A stretch of DNA of 64,000 nucleotides from a virus. Below the pieces are notes generated by a model that did not search any database, had not been told where the DNA came from, and saw only the letters and a list, made by a program, of their open reading frames with translations. Numbering within the stretch: the first letter of the stretch is position 1; each line of letters opens with the position of its first letter. The stretch is taken from UHGV virus genome UHGV-0185973. One strand, given 5' to 3'. A program made the position numbers and the translations under genes. Of this stretch, positions 17,290 through 26,417 are shown one piece after another.

Positions 17290-17547
17290 ATGGCTACCAT
17301 TAAAAACATCGTAATTACTGCAAAATCCCGTGATGACGCTCGCGCAACTGCTAAAAAATTAAATGGTAAAGTAGTTGACAACGGAAAAAGTTCTGCTGTA
17401 AGATGGGGCGTAAAGACAGACAAGGAATTAACCTTGAAACATAGCTCTAAAAACCTGTTTAAAGGTGTACAGACTATCGGTAAAACAAATGTATTTACAA
17501 AACAAGGTTATAAAATGCACTTGGCATTAACTGACAATTTAATCTAA
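17290..17547 (+). CDS. hypothetical protein (cassette ORF)
   Basis: Preceded by full cassette 17205-17289. Confidence 0.55.
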   Translation: MATIKNIVITAKSRDDARATAKKLNGKVVDNGKSSAVRWGVKTDKELTLKHSSKNLFKGVQTIGKTNVFTKQGYKMHLALTDNLI

Positions 17548-17638
17548 AAAGTACTTTACATGGGGTTTATAAATTGCTAGTATAAGCCCCAGATAAAGAG
17601 CTTTACCACTAAACAATCCTAAACTGGAGAATCTAAAA

Positions 17639-18151
17639 ATGAAATTTGTTGAAAGTACCTTTGAAGTTCAAAAAGAAAAATTCACCATTATCTATGAGGC
17701 AATGAATATTTGTGAGCCTTCCCATTGTGTGGATAACTGGCAATTTACTGATGAGCATAAAGGCGGGGTTACAATCAAAGTTAAGAATGCAGAACGTAAC
17801 AGCTACAAATATGCAATTCCCACACATTACCCGCTTTCACAACTTACCAGTGACTACGCAAAACAGGGAAGGGATAACCCGTCATTGGAAGCTTACAAGA
17901 GCTTACAGGATGAGCTAGAAAGGGATTTACAGGCTAATAACTACATCTTGTATGCCTCAGTAGTTGACGCTGAAGGCAACACGGTTTTAAATAGTTTTTC
18001 CCTTGCGTATGGTTTCGATTGGTGCTATCTTGACGGGGAAGATTTAGATTCACGCTTAAAAGAGGAAGTCAGTAATTCAGGTGCTGAAGAGGAAGTTTTA
18101 GAGCGTTTGGAAGATTTAAAAGACAGTGTGATGAATATCTTTAACATTTAA
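17639..18151 (+). CDS. hypothetical protein (cassette ORF)
   Basis: Preceded by full cassette 17548-17638. Confidence 0.55.
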   Translation: MKFVESTFEVQKEKFTIIYEAMNICEPSHCVDNWQFTDEHKGGVTIKVKNAERNSYKYAIPTHYPLSQLTSDYAKQGRDNPSLEAYKSLQDELERDLQANNYILYASVVDAEGNTVLNSFSLAYGFDWCYLDGEDLDSRLKEEVSNSGAEEEVLERLEDLKDSVMNIFNI

Positions 18152-18235
18152 AAGTACTTTACATGGGGTTATCAGGCTGATAAGATAGCCCCAGATAAAG
18201 AGCTTTACCCAATAACCTAAACTGGAGATTCTAAA

Positions 18236-18532
18236 ATGTTTATCGCTGCAAATGTACGTTCCAAATTGAGCAAGCTTTTACAAGATATCAAATTTGTAGA
18301 ATCTATGCGCCGCACTCATGAAGTAACGGAGTGGTATCATGGGAAAATAAATGGTAAAGAAGTTGTTATTTGTATTTGGAATTTTTGTAAAGAATACAAA
18401 AAGCCGTTGCTTCAGGTGGATATCTATGATAATGCAAATAAAAATTCTGTTAAGTCTACAAGGGATATGATAGATTCTTTTGAGATTAGCCACACTGGCA
18501 GACTATTTCACAAAGGAAAATCATCATGCTAA
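18236..18532 (+). CDS. hypothetical protein (cassette ORF)
   Basis: Preceded by cassette 18152-18235. Confidence 0.55.
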   Translation: MFIAANVRSKLSKLLQDIKFVESMRRTHEVTEWYHGKINGKEVVICIWNFCKEYKKPLLQVDIYDNANKNSVKSTRDMIDSFEISHTGRLFHKGKSSC

Positions 18533-18849
18533 TTTCTGGAGTTGCCTTACTCATTGCTATTTTAGCACTGTATAAATCATGTAAAGCACATCATGCGGCA
18601 AGTGATGCAATCACAAGACAAATCAATAATAAACTTGTGACGTCCTTTCTAGAGCGTTTAAACGTGGAACAACTGAAGCGCTTAGAGATGGGCTTCAGAT
18701 TCAAGGCTGATACGTATCAGGTTAGCGACATTCTAAGCGGTGATTTTCAATTGATTGATGATTATAACGCTTTATTAAATGCTTTAAATATCAGTGACTT
18801 GAAAGATTATCATGCTGTTATTGTTCACGAAATAAGCAAACGAAAATAA
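18526..18849 (+). CDS. hypothetical membrane protein
   Basis: N-terminal TM segment MLISGVALLIAILALY; start overlaps upstream ORF. Confidence 0.45.
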   Translation: MLISGVALLIAILALYKSCKAHHAASDAITRQINNKLVTSFLERLNVEQLKRLEMGFRFKADTYQVSDILSGDFQLIDDYNALLNALNISDLKDYHAVIVHEISKRK

Positions 18850-18942
18850 ATTACTAAAAAGGGCTTGCAACTGATAGCAAAAACAAGTAAATTACTAATC
18901 AGACGGGCAAACAAGCCCACTTCCTAAACTGGAGAATCTAAA

Positions 18943-19215
18943 ATGTATACTACCAACAATAGCCGAACTTTAAATGTAACTTTAAAGCACTATGTAGAGG
19001 GTGTATTAAACTTTGAAGACTTGCAAGCAGAACAGCACTTGTTAGGTTGGCAAGTAGCAGGATTACAAAAAACTGCCACCGGATATGGGAAGAAAATCCC
19101 TACATCGTGGAAAGTGCGCTATTTAGGCAAGTTACGTAGAATTTATCAAGATGTTTATAGCAATAGTGGTGTAAGTTACATTATTGTTAACGGTAAGAAG
19201 TTGTATTTAATCTAA
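18943..19215 (+). CDS. hypothetical protein (cassette ORF)
   Basis: Preceded by variant cassette with the conserved RBS context. Confidence 0.5.
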   Translation: MYTTNNSRTLNVTLKHYVEGVLNFEDLQAEQHLLGWQVAGLQKTATGYGKKIPTSWKVRYLGKLRRIYQDVYSNSGVSYIIVNGKKLYLI

Positions 19216-19301
19216 TAAATTGCTTTACATGGGGTTATCAGGCTGATAAGATAGCCCCAGATAAAGAGATTTACCCAATAACCTAAACTGGAGATTCTAA
19301 A

Positions 19302-19703
19302 ATGACTGCTAATCGTGATATCGCTATTCTGAAAGCACGATTGACTGTAAATCGTATTAATTCTATCACATCCACAGCACCCGATGAGACATTGCATAAC
19401 ATTATCGGTAAAATTCAAGGTGTAATTTTAGACGTAGAAAACATCAAAAATTCACTTGCAAACGTTGCAAATGGTGCTACACTTGACGGCGCACAATATG
19501 AAATGGCTGATATGTTAGCCAAATCAAAAGTAATGAATAAAGAACTTGATTTGAAAATGTTTCGATTTGCTGTTAAAGTGTGGCTAGCTATTGAGTTCGA
19601 TGCTAATTTTGCAATTGCTGATTTCTTTGCTACATGGTTACAACGTAACCTGTCAAAACAAGACTTTGAAGATATCTGCGACACAATTTACGCAGAACTT
19701 TAA
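19302..19703 (+). CDS. hypothetical protein (cassette ORF)
   Basis: Preceded by cassette 19216-19301. Confidence 0.55.
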   Translation: MTANRDIAILKARLTVNRINSITSTAPDETLHNIIGKIQGVILDVENIKNSLANVANGATLDGAQYEMADMLAKSKVMNKELDLKMFRFAVKVWLAIEFDANFAIADFFATWLQRNLSKQDFEDICDTIYAEL

Positions 19704-19806
19704 AAAACGTTTGACACTAATTTTTAGATAGATTAAAGTACTAATCAGACGGGTATGCAATAACCTCCCCAGTAAGTGAAGTCCTTAAACTAGGAGATTC
19801 TAAAAA

Positions 19807-20010
19807 ATGGCTATTATTAACGGCTTAACCATCGAAAAAACACACATCAAAGACATTAAAGTTGGGGATACAGTTCTTTTTCACGGCGTAGAAAAAACTG
19901 TCACCGCAAAAGATATCAAAGAAGATTCTTTCATGGGTGTGACTCTATTCGGCGACTCTTATCGCTTAGGATACCTTGCAGTTTTAAAAGTTATCAAAAA
20001 TAACCGATAA
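19807..20010 (+). CDS. hypothetical protein (cassette ORF)
   Basis: Preceded by variant cassette (CTTAAACTAGGAGATTCTAAAAAATG). Confidence 0.5.
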   Translation: MAIINGLTIEKTHIKDIKVGDTVLFHGVEKTVTAKDIKEDSFMGVTLFGDSYRLGYLAVLKVIKNNR

Positions 20011-20096
20011 AGTACTTTACAGGGGGCTTAAAAGTTGATACCTTAAGCCCCAGATAAAGAGCTTTACCAAATCAATCCTAAACTGGAGATTCTAAA

Positions 20097-20654
20097 ATGA
20101 AATGCTTTCACGGTACTACTCAAGAAAACTTTTTAAACCTCATCAATGGCGGCGAAAAACCTACAGGTGCTTGGAATTGCTCTGATATGGATGGTTATTT
20201 TTACGTATACCCTGTCAGTAAGTTCTGCGACGTAGAAGAGATGGACGAAGAACAAATCACAAATGAAGGGTTGCGCAATGCTCTTGATAGTGCTACAATC
20301 ACAGCAGCTATCCAAATGAAAACTCAAAATATTGTTATCTTAGAACTTGAAATTCCAGAAGATGAGTTACAAGATGATTGGTCTTGTGAGAATATGAGTG
20401 ACATCGCAAGCTTTACAGAGCACTTTGATAAAGATTGGGTTAAAAAGGTTTATACAACTGAATTCAATGCAATGTATTCACCGTTTTTTGTTCCTAACTT
20501 ACAAAATCGTAATTTGGGATATATTGATGAAAAGCTTGAAGAGGTTGCAACATTCATCCAAAATGCCGATGATAGCTCAATCATCTATTGCAATATGCTG
20601 GACGCAATGCAAGAAAGCTTAACAGAAAGCGTTTTAAGCGACGTTTTAGCGTAA
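20097..20654 (+). CDS. putative ADP-ribosyltransferase (PARP-like H-Y-E class), cassette ORF
   Basis: N-terminus FHGTTQENFLNLINGG parallels the PARP signature WHGSRTTNFAGILSQG; downstream DGYFYVYPVSKF parallels GKGIYFADMVSKS; acidic ILELEIPEDE segment follows. Motif-level call only. Confidence 0.35.
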   Translation: MKCFHGTTQENFLNLINGGEKPTGAWNCSDMDGYFYVYPVSKFCDVEEMDEEQITNEGLRNALDSATITAAIQMKTQNIVILELEIPEDELQDDWSCENMSDIASFTEHFDKDWVKKVYTTEFNAMYSPFFVPNLQNRNLGYIDEKLEEVATFIQNADDSSIIYCNMLDAMQESLTESVLSDVLA

Positions 20655-20717
20655 ACCATACAATCACACTAACGACATTCAAAAGCCCCGCATAGGGGCT
20701 TACAAGGGGATTAAATC

Positions 20718-20954
20718 ATGTTAACAACAATCTATCTCATGCTTGCCGTTTGCTCTGGTGCAAATAATTGTCATTATGGCATTATGGAATCTTTCGAAGG
20801 CACTAAACAAAATGCAGTAGAGGCTTGCAATATTGCTAGACAGGACTACCCGAAATCGTCTATAATGGACTGTTATGTCTCACAAGGTGAAGACGAAAGC
20901 ACAGAATACTACGAAAACGTTAATGAAGATGAATTTTTAGAGATTTACAAATAA
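20718..20954 (+). CDS. hypothetical small secreted protein or lipoprotein
   Basis: N-terminus MLTTIYLMLAVCSG resembles a signal peptide with lipobox-like LAVC. Confidence 0.4.
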   Translation: MLTTIYLMLAVCSGANNCHYGIMESFEGTKQNAVEACNIARQDYPKSSIMDCYVSQGEDESTEYYENVNEDEFLEIYK

Positions 20955-21030
20955 AGTACTTTACATGGGGCTTAAAAGCTTGATACCATAAGCCCCAGAT
21001 AAAGAGCTTTCCTAAACTGGAGTTTTCACA

Positions 21031-21177
21031 ATGTCAAATATAGTTGAAATGGTTTTTAATAATCCGGTATTCTCAGAGATGATTTTCTCGTTTATCATGA
21101 TGTTACTTGTTAAAACCATGAAAAAAGCCGAAAAATTACACTCAAAGAAAAAAGCTATTGCAAACCGTTTTAAGTAA
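21031..21177 (+). CDS. small membrane protein (48 aa), not in ORF track
   Basis: Preceded by cassette 20955-21030; product has hydrophobic core MIFSFIMMLLV and basic C-terminus. Confidence 0.35.
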   Translation: MSNIVEMVFNNPVFSEMIFSFIMMLLVKTMKKAEKLHSKKKAIANRFK

Positions 21178-21224
21178 AGATATAGTATCAATCAAGCCCA
21201 CTTCCTAAACTGGAGAATCTAAAA

Positions 21225-21566
21225 ATGGCATACGTAACAATTATCACTGATAAAGAAAACTCTTCTTGGTCCACACAAGTAAGCGATAAAATGTCGCCTA
21301 TGCAATGCCTCAAATACTTTGAGCAATGGAACAGGGGGGAAGATGTAAGCCCTTTCCAAGTAATGCAGGTTGTACATGTTGACAATGACGGCAACAAAAC
21401 TACCCTTAACACTGAATACTATGCTACACGTTTTGAGACTCGCAAAGAAGCTATGCGGGAACTAAGAGAAAAGGGCTATAGTCACATTGCCGCTTTGATT
21501 TGGTCTGATTTGCTTAAAAAACAAGCATTAACCTACGTCAAGCCTGAAAAAATCTTTATAAACTAA
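21225..21566 (+). CDS. hypothetical protein (cassette ORF)
   Basis: Preceded by conserved RBS context. Confidence 0.5.
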   Translation: MAYVTIITDKENSSWSTQVSDKMSPMQCLKYFEQWNRGEDVSPFQVMQVVHVDNDGNKTTLNTEYYATRFETRKEAMRELREKGYSHIAALIWSDLLKKQALTYVKPEKIFIN

Positions 21567-21598
21567 TCAACAACTTACAAAATTCTTTGAAAAAACTG

Positions 21599-21627
21599 TT
21601 GACATTGCCCCTTGACAATAGTACATT
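21599..21627 (+). promoter_or_regulatory. sigma70-like promoter (TTGACA-N17-TACATT)
   Basis: TTGACA 21599-21604; second TTGACA 21612-21617; weaker -10. Confidence 0.35.
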
Positions 21628-21788
21628 TGTTCGAGGGGGTTTATCTAAAGGGATTCACTTAAAAGATTCTTTATAGATAAGCGAAAAAGTACTTGCAATC
21701 AGATTTCAAAACAAGTAAATTACTAAGCAACGGGGAGGGGATGACCTTCCCCACTAAGTAAAGTCCTTAAACTAGGAGATTCTAAAAA

Positions 21789-22037
21789 ATGTATACTAAA
21801 ACACAACTCAAAAGCATGGTAAACAGTGGTTTAATGAATGATGTTTATAAGGATTGCAGACGTTACGGGGAAATAAGAGAGATAATTGATTATGAGTATA
21901 CTCACACAATAAATTTCAAAACTAATGAAAAACGGACTGACTTTATAACTGTAGTGATTATTGAATACAAAAATTTATTGTGGACTTTTGAGCTGGTGAA
22001 AGGTGAGTGTATAGAAATCGAATACAAGGCCGCTTAA
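21789..22037 (+). CDS. hypothetical protein (cassette ORF)
   Basis: Preceded by variant cassette; last gene of the rightward block. Confidence 0.5.
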   Translation: MYTKTQLKSMVNSGLMNDVYKDCRRYGEIREIIDYEYTHTINFKTNEKRTDFITVVIIEYKNLLWTFELVKGECIEIEYKAA

Positions 22038-22091
22038 AAGTACTTTATAGGGGGATTAAAAGCTGACACCTTAAGCCCCCAAACACCTTTA

Positions 22092-22127
22092 CAGCCCCTT
22101 TTGTCTCTCTCATAGGGGCTTTTTTTA
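22092..22127 (+). terminator. rho-independent terminator
   Basis: AGCCCCT ... AGGGGCT stem followed by TTTTTTT. Confidence 0.65.
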
Positions 22128-22596
22128 CGTCTATGTAATAGCCCCTCTCAAATGCTTATATAAACCCTTCCCCTGTCCTTTCCAGAATCTTACAAGACCT
22201 TAAAAAGCAATAACTCTATAGCTTACTCTATAACCTCTTATCAAATCAACTTAAATATAAGCCCATAACCCGAAAGGGAAGGGCAATCCCTTAAACGCTC
22301 TATAACGCTCTATAACGGCTTATCAACTCAACTTAACCAATCATATTAACCCACTCTTAAAAGCCCTCTATAGAGCTTCATAGACCCTTAAAAGAATCTT
22401 ATAAGGGGTGTAAGCTTTATCATCTCGTTAGTATCTTGTGAATAGTTAAACAGGGGGCTTGTTATTAGCTTAAAAGTATGTTATAGGGGCTTAAAAGTAG
22501 CTATAAAGTTACGTAAAAGTATCGTAAATGCTAGCCCCCTTAACATTTCTTTAACAATTTCTTAACAATCCCTACATAGTTATGCTTATTAGAGAC

Positions 22597-23110
22597 TTGT
22601 TAGCACCTTGTTAAATCTCTGTTAAGACTATGTTACAACCTTGTTAGATTCTTTGGAGTCCCTATATAAGCCCCTGTAAAGGGCTATAAAGAGCTATACA
22701 GTCAGTTGGGCTATAGTTACTATGGAGAACCTTAGAAATGGCTGTATAGAGCTATACAGGGCTTTTAAGAGGGCTTTTAAGAGAATCACTGAGAAAGATA
22801 GGGAACTATAGACCAAGAGATAGTGACATGTTAACAGCTTGTTAAAAAGGTTAAACACTTGTTAGGAACTTGTTAATAATCTTAACAAAATAACTCTTAA
22901 CATTTAACTACTCAACTCTTGTTAGCAATCTGTTAAGACTCTGTAAAGACTATGCAACAACTGTTAAGCACTTGTTACAATCTTGTTAGCTCTGTTAAGG
23001 GTCTATTAAGAACTCTGAAGAGATGTTAAGAGGATGTAGTAACTGTTAAGAAATTGTTAATGATATTTTAAGATTTTGCAAAGGGTATGTTACAGGGATG
23101 TTAAGGGCTA
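22597..23110. repeat. array of short degenerate repeats (core YTGTTAR) with about 10-11 bp phasing
   Basis: At least 20 copies of CTTGTTAG / CTGTTAAG / ATGTTACA, e.g. five consecutive copies 22597-22650 at 10-11 bp spacing and a dense run 22828-23110; inverted copies (TTAACA) at 22538-22570 and 22880-22905. No ORF of 60 aa or more across 22128-23870. Confidence 0.7.
22742..22759. promoter_or_regulatory. inverted repeat CTGTATAG-ag-CTATACAG (operator-like)
   Basis: Perfect 8-bp arms; same arms form the palindrome in the rIIA promoter (6086-6105); CTATACAG also at 22694, 23514 and 38040. Confidence 0.4.
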
Positions 23111-24006
23111 CCAAGCAGATATACACCCTAGACAGATATTTTTCAGTTCCTTCAAAGAACCTAAATAAAACACTTGACAGTCTATTTTATAAAAATTTTA
23201 TAGAACTGAATAACTATCTATACACTATCTAGTATAAAACAGGTAATAACAGGCTTATAAGATACCTTGTTAGTACCGTGTTAGACCTTGTAGGATAAGC
23301 CTTAGAAGGGAATACCTGTTTAGTGCTATATAACAGTCTATATAGAGGCTTAGTAAACCCTAGTGAACCATCTATAGAGAGTCACATAGTTAACATAGAG
23401 ATTAAGATGGGTATAGGAGCTTCTAAGGGGTTGTTAAGATGTTAGGAAGGGGGTTGTATAGGTGGTTAAGAAGGCTTGTTAGAGAGCTTGTTAGAGGGCT
23501 ATTTAGAAGGGGCTATACAGTTCACTATATCGAATCACTAGAAAGAGACTAAGAGGCTATATAGATACTATATAATACTATATAGAGAGTATGCTTAGAT
23601 AGGTTGTTTAGAAGGGCTAGATATTTTATCACATATCATGGTGACCCAAGATGAACGTAGTGAATCCAAATTTTATAAAATTATAAATTTCGTAAATTTT
23701 ACTCAATAAAAAGCCCCTATGAGATAGATTCTATCGAATCCATATTAAGGGGCTGTAAAGTTCTTAGCAAAGGTTATCTATGATAGCCTGAATAGCTGGA
23801 ATAGTTGTGTGATAAAAATGAGTGTTTCCATTATGAGCTTCTCTCTCTTGTAACATGATAGAGTGACCCTTTACAGGGAAGCATTGAATGTGATAACGAT
23901 TCCCGTTAAATATTGCTCCACCACCTGAACAGAAACCTTCCAAGACTGACTTAGCAAGGAACTCATTTTCGCTACCTCTAAAGAGGGGCTGTTACACCCC
24001 TTTAAA

Positions 24007-24243
24007 TCACTCTTCAGTCTTCTTCTCATCAGACTTTTTAGTTTTCTTATCAACTTTCTTAGGCTTCTCTTCAACCTTAGCTTCTGGTTCATTTTGAGTT
24101 GCCTGAATAGCAATGTCCAGAAGTTTTGCCAAGTCTGATTTAATCACCGTAACAGGTTGCTCATTGTAGTAGCTCTTGTCAAGGTGCTCTTTCAGTTCAT
24201 TAAGAGAGCTAAAGCCGAATGGCTGGATAGGTGTCTTAATCAT
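24007..24243 (-). CDS. hypothetical protein with Lys-rich C-terminus
   Basis: AAGGAG RBS on minus strand; last gene of the leftward block. Confidence 0.5.
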   Translation of the reverse strand: MIKTPIQPFGFSSLNELKEHLDKSYYNEQPVTVIKSDLAKLLDIAIQATQNEPEAKVEEKPKKVDKKTKKSDEKKTEE

Positions 24244-24317
24244 TCATTACTCCTTATAAGCATCTTCCAAAATGTGTTTATTAATCATCTCTGCAATTGC
24301 ATAACGAATACAGATAA

Positions 24318-24824
24318 CTAGAATTTTAGGTTGCATTCTTTACTCACTTCTTCAAATTTCTGTTCATGTTCCAAGGCTTTCTTCCTGTGGAACCTCATTC
24401 TTAAGTAGGCTGCAATCATACCACCTACAGGAAGCACATACAAGAACCAAATTTCTTCGATTTTGTTTATTGACTGCTTAATAGTCATTTCTTGACCGTA
24501 AAAAGCTGTTATAGCCACTGCACAGACCATGATAAAGAACATTGCCAAGAATACAATCATTCCTGCATAGGCTCTTACGTGCTGTTCTGATAAAGTCTGC
24601 TTGTTCTTTGCATCAATCAGTCCGTTGTAGTCATTTGAAAAGTCCCTGTAGAAAGCTTTCAAGTATTCTCGGCTATAACCTTCAAAACAACCTGTGCCAA
24701 ACCAATCATCCCCTCCAAAGTGGGAAATTACACCCGTTTCACCGTTTGCTTTAACAATCTTGATAGAAACATGGTGCTTAGATTTTGTATGGGAAATCTG
24801 GTCTCTTTCTTCTAACATAATCAT
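24318..24824 (-). CDS. hypothetical membrane protein
   Basis: Two hydrophobic segments in C-terminal half (MIVFLAMFFIMVCAVAITAF; FLYVLPVGGMIAAYL). Confidence 0.5.
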   Translation of the reverse strand: MIMLEERDQISHTKSKHHVSIKIVKANGETGVISHFGGDDWFGTGCFEGYSREYLKAFYRDFSNDYNGLIDAKNKQTLSEQHVRAYAGMIVFLAMFFIMVCAVAITAFYGQEMTIKQSINKIEEIWFLYVLPVGGMIAAYLRMRFHRKKALEHEQKFEEVSKECNLKF

Positions 24825-25042
24825 TGTTTAATCCTCTCTAAACGTGCATTCCACTCAATGTCAATCATTTTCTTAAAAGTTTTTCCCCTTGGGGTTACAT
24901 TTGGAATGCCTTCATCTGCTGTGCAATAGAGAATATCCCCTCTTGCTGCTTTACCGTAGCACTGTTTGATTTTCTTGGCTCTCCTGTATGACTCTGCTGC
25001 TGCAATCATCCAGTACTCACCTAAAGTTGTAAACTTTTTCAT
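24821..25042 (-). CDS. hypothetical protein
   Basis: ORF with 4-nt overlap to neighbours. Confidence 0.45.
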   Translation of the reverse strand: MKKFTTLGEYWMIAAAESYRRAKKIKQCYGKAARGDILYCTADEGIPNVTPRGKTFKKMIDIEWNARLERIKQ

Positions 25043-25740
25043 TCGTTCACCATTGCGTTGTAAAACTGTCTTTGAATTTCTTCAGCAATTTGATGAGGTG
25101 TCAAACCAGCTTTCAGCATCATTCTCACGGTGTATTCAATATTTCCGTGGTTTACTACTCTGTCAGCGATAAAGGCAGCCTCTTTAAACTCTTCAGCTTT
25201 CTTCTTAGCGTCTTCACATGCCCCTGTCAAGAGGGAAGAAAACTTTTTATGTGGTGGTAACCAATGATGGTGTGGATTGTTGGAAGTAAATGCTTTGAAG
25301 AACTCTCCAACATGGTCAACAACTCTTGAATCTCCACCTTTTACATTCAGTTCTGTGGTGTAACGGTTTTCATGCTTTGGTAAATCTTCAATCTGAAGAA
25401 TCTTATGAGTAGGCTCAATAGTCACGTCTACAGAACGAATCTTTGGAGTTGTCTGAGATTCTTCGTGACGAATGAACAGAATGTCTTTAAACTGCCCTGT
25501 GAACTGACCACTTGAGTACTCATCAGTAGAGTAGATGATACCTGCGTGTAACACTCCGAGAGTACCTTGTGGGTTATGTCGATAATCTTTAAACATCAGT
25601 TTCTTAAGTGGTCTGAAAAAGATACGCCCAGATTCTGCTACGTGCGTAATCTCAGCCTGAGTAGAATCTTGACCATTGTAACGGTTTCCTAAAGAAACCT
25701 GAATAGTAATCTTGTCACCAGCTTTTGGTTTAGTGTTCAT
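25039..25740 (-). CDS. hypothetical protein
   Basis: Start set at ATG 25740 (GAGGAAAG RBS) rather than track start 25755. Confidence 0.5.
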   Translation of the reverse strand: MNTKPKAGDKITIQVSLGNRYNGQDSTQAEITHVAESGRIFFRPLKKLMFKDYRHNPQGTLGVLHAGIIYSTDEYSSGQFTGQFKDILFIRHEESQTTPKIRSVDVTIEPTHKILQIEDLPKHENRYTTELNVKGGDSRVVDHVGEFFKAFTSNNPHHHWLPPHKKFSSLLTGACEDAKKKAEEFKEAAFIADRVVNHGNIEYTVRMMLKAGLTPHQIAEEIQRQFYNAMVNE

Positions 25741-25756
25741 TTTCTTTCCTCGCATA

Positions 25757-25787
25757 TGAAAAAGGGAACTACCTTTCGATAGTTCCC
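25757..25787 (-). terminator. rho-independent terminator (minus strand)
   Basis: GGGAACTA-ccuuucga-TAGTTCCC palindrome with T-run on the minus strand. Confidence 0.5.
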
Positions 25788-25813
25788 ATGTTATACGTTT
25801 TTATGTATCACTG

Positions 25814-26416
25814 TCAAGTGTGTTTTTTAGGCAGTAATGCACTTCTTTTATCCCTGACATTATCAAGAATACCAATAAAGGTATCTTTAGCACCTTTCCA
25901 AGGGCTGAAGTCTGGGATGTACTCTCGAATTCCTTCGATAACAACCTTCAAAGCATTGTTCTTCATCCACCAATCAGGACTTGAAGCAGACATGACATAG
26001 AACTGTTTATCGTCTGTCAAAATAGGTTCTTCAGTCATCGGTGAGATGTAAGTTGTAACAACTGCACCACTATTCATGTAGTAAGTACGTTTTGTAACCT
26101 TACTCAATGTTTTGTGCAGGTCTGCAAACAGTGTCACAACATCTTTGTGGTCAATGTCTTTTTCAAGGTCGATACGATACTTCAATAGAGCCTCATCAAC
26201 CTCTTTATCAGTAAACTTGAAGTACTGCACCTCATCAATAAGGCAAACAGACACGTTGTTTACGTTAAAGGTTTGTTTAACAACCTTTGCAGGTGACGTT
26301 ATAGTTGGCTGAAAAGCTGCAATCAGACCTTCAATGTTTCCGTAGAAACTTACAAGCTGAACTTGAGGCTGTTGAATGTACTCATCAGGGGCATTTTTAT
26401 TTTCTATTTCTGACAT
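25814..26416 (-). CDS. hypothetical protein
   Basis: 200-aa ORF; LIDEVQYF weakly resembles a kinase Walker-B-like motif but no P-loop is present. Confidence 0.5.
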   Translation of the reverse strand: MSEIENKNAPDEYIQQPQVQLVSFYGNIEGLIAAFQPTITSPAKVVKQTFNVNNVSVCLIDEVQYFKFTDKEVDEALLKYRIDLEKDIDHKDVVTLFADLHKTLSKVTKRTYYMNSGAVVTTYISPMTEEPILTDDKQFYVMSASSPDWWMKNNALKVVIEGIREYIPDFSPWKGAKDTFIGILDNVRDKRSALLPKKHT

Positions 26417-26417
26417 G

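Larger units (their letters stand above)
16777..22080 (+). repeat. array of about 13 conserved intergenic cassettes (promoter/stem-loop + conserved box + identical RBS context)
   Basis: Near-identical about 85-bp elements before successive small ORFs: AAGTACTTTACATGGGG...AAGCCCCAGATAAAGAGCTTTACC...CCTAAACTGGAGAATCTAAAAATG; second variant ACAAGTAAATTACTAA.CA.ACGGG.... Copies end at 16819, 17289, 17638, 18235, 18942, 19301, 19806, 20096, 21030, 21224, 21788, 22080. Confidence 0.7.

Noticed and set aside
22597-23110. Possible CRISPR array
   Set aside because: Repeat units are only 8-11 bp, degenerate, in both orientations, with no 25-40 bp unique spacers; not CRISPR-like.
23871-24113. 80-aa minus-strand ORF
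   Set aside because: Overlaps the better-supported ORF 24007-24243 (AAGGAG RBS) in another frame and has an Arg/Lys-rich low-complexity product.
25814-26416. Thymidine-kinase-like assignment for the 200-aa minus-strand ORF
   Set aside because: Only a weak VCLIDEVQYF resemblance to the TK Walker-B region; no P-loop (GxxGxGKS/T), so left as hypothetical.
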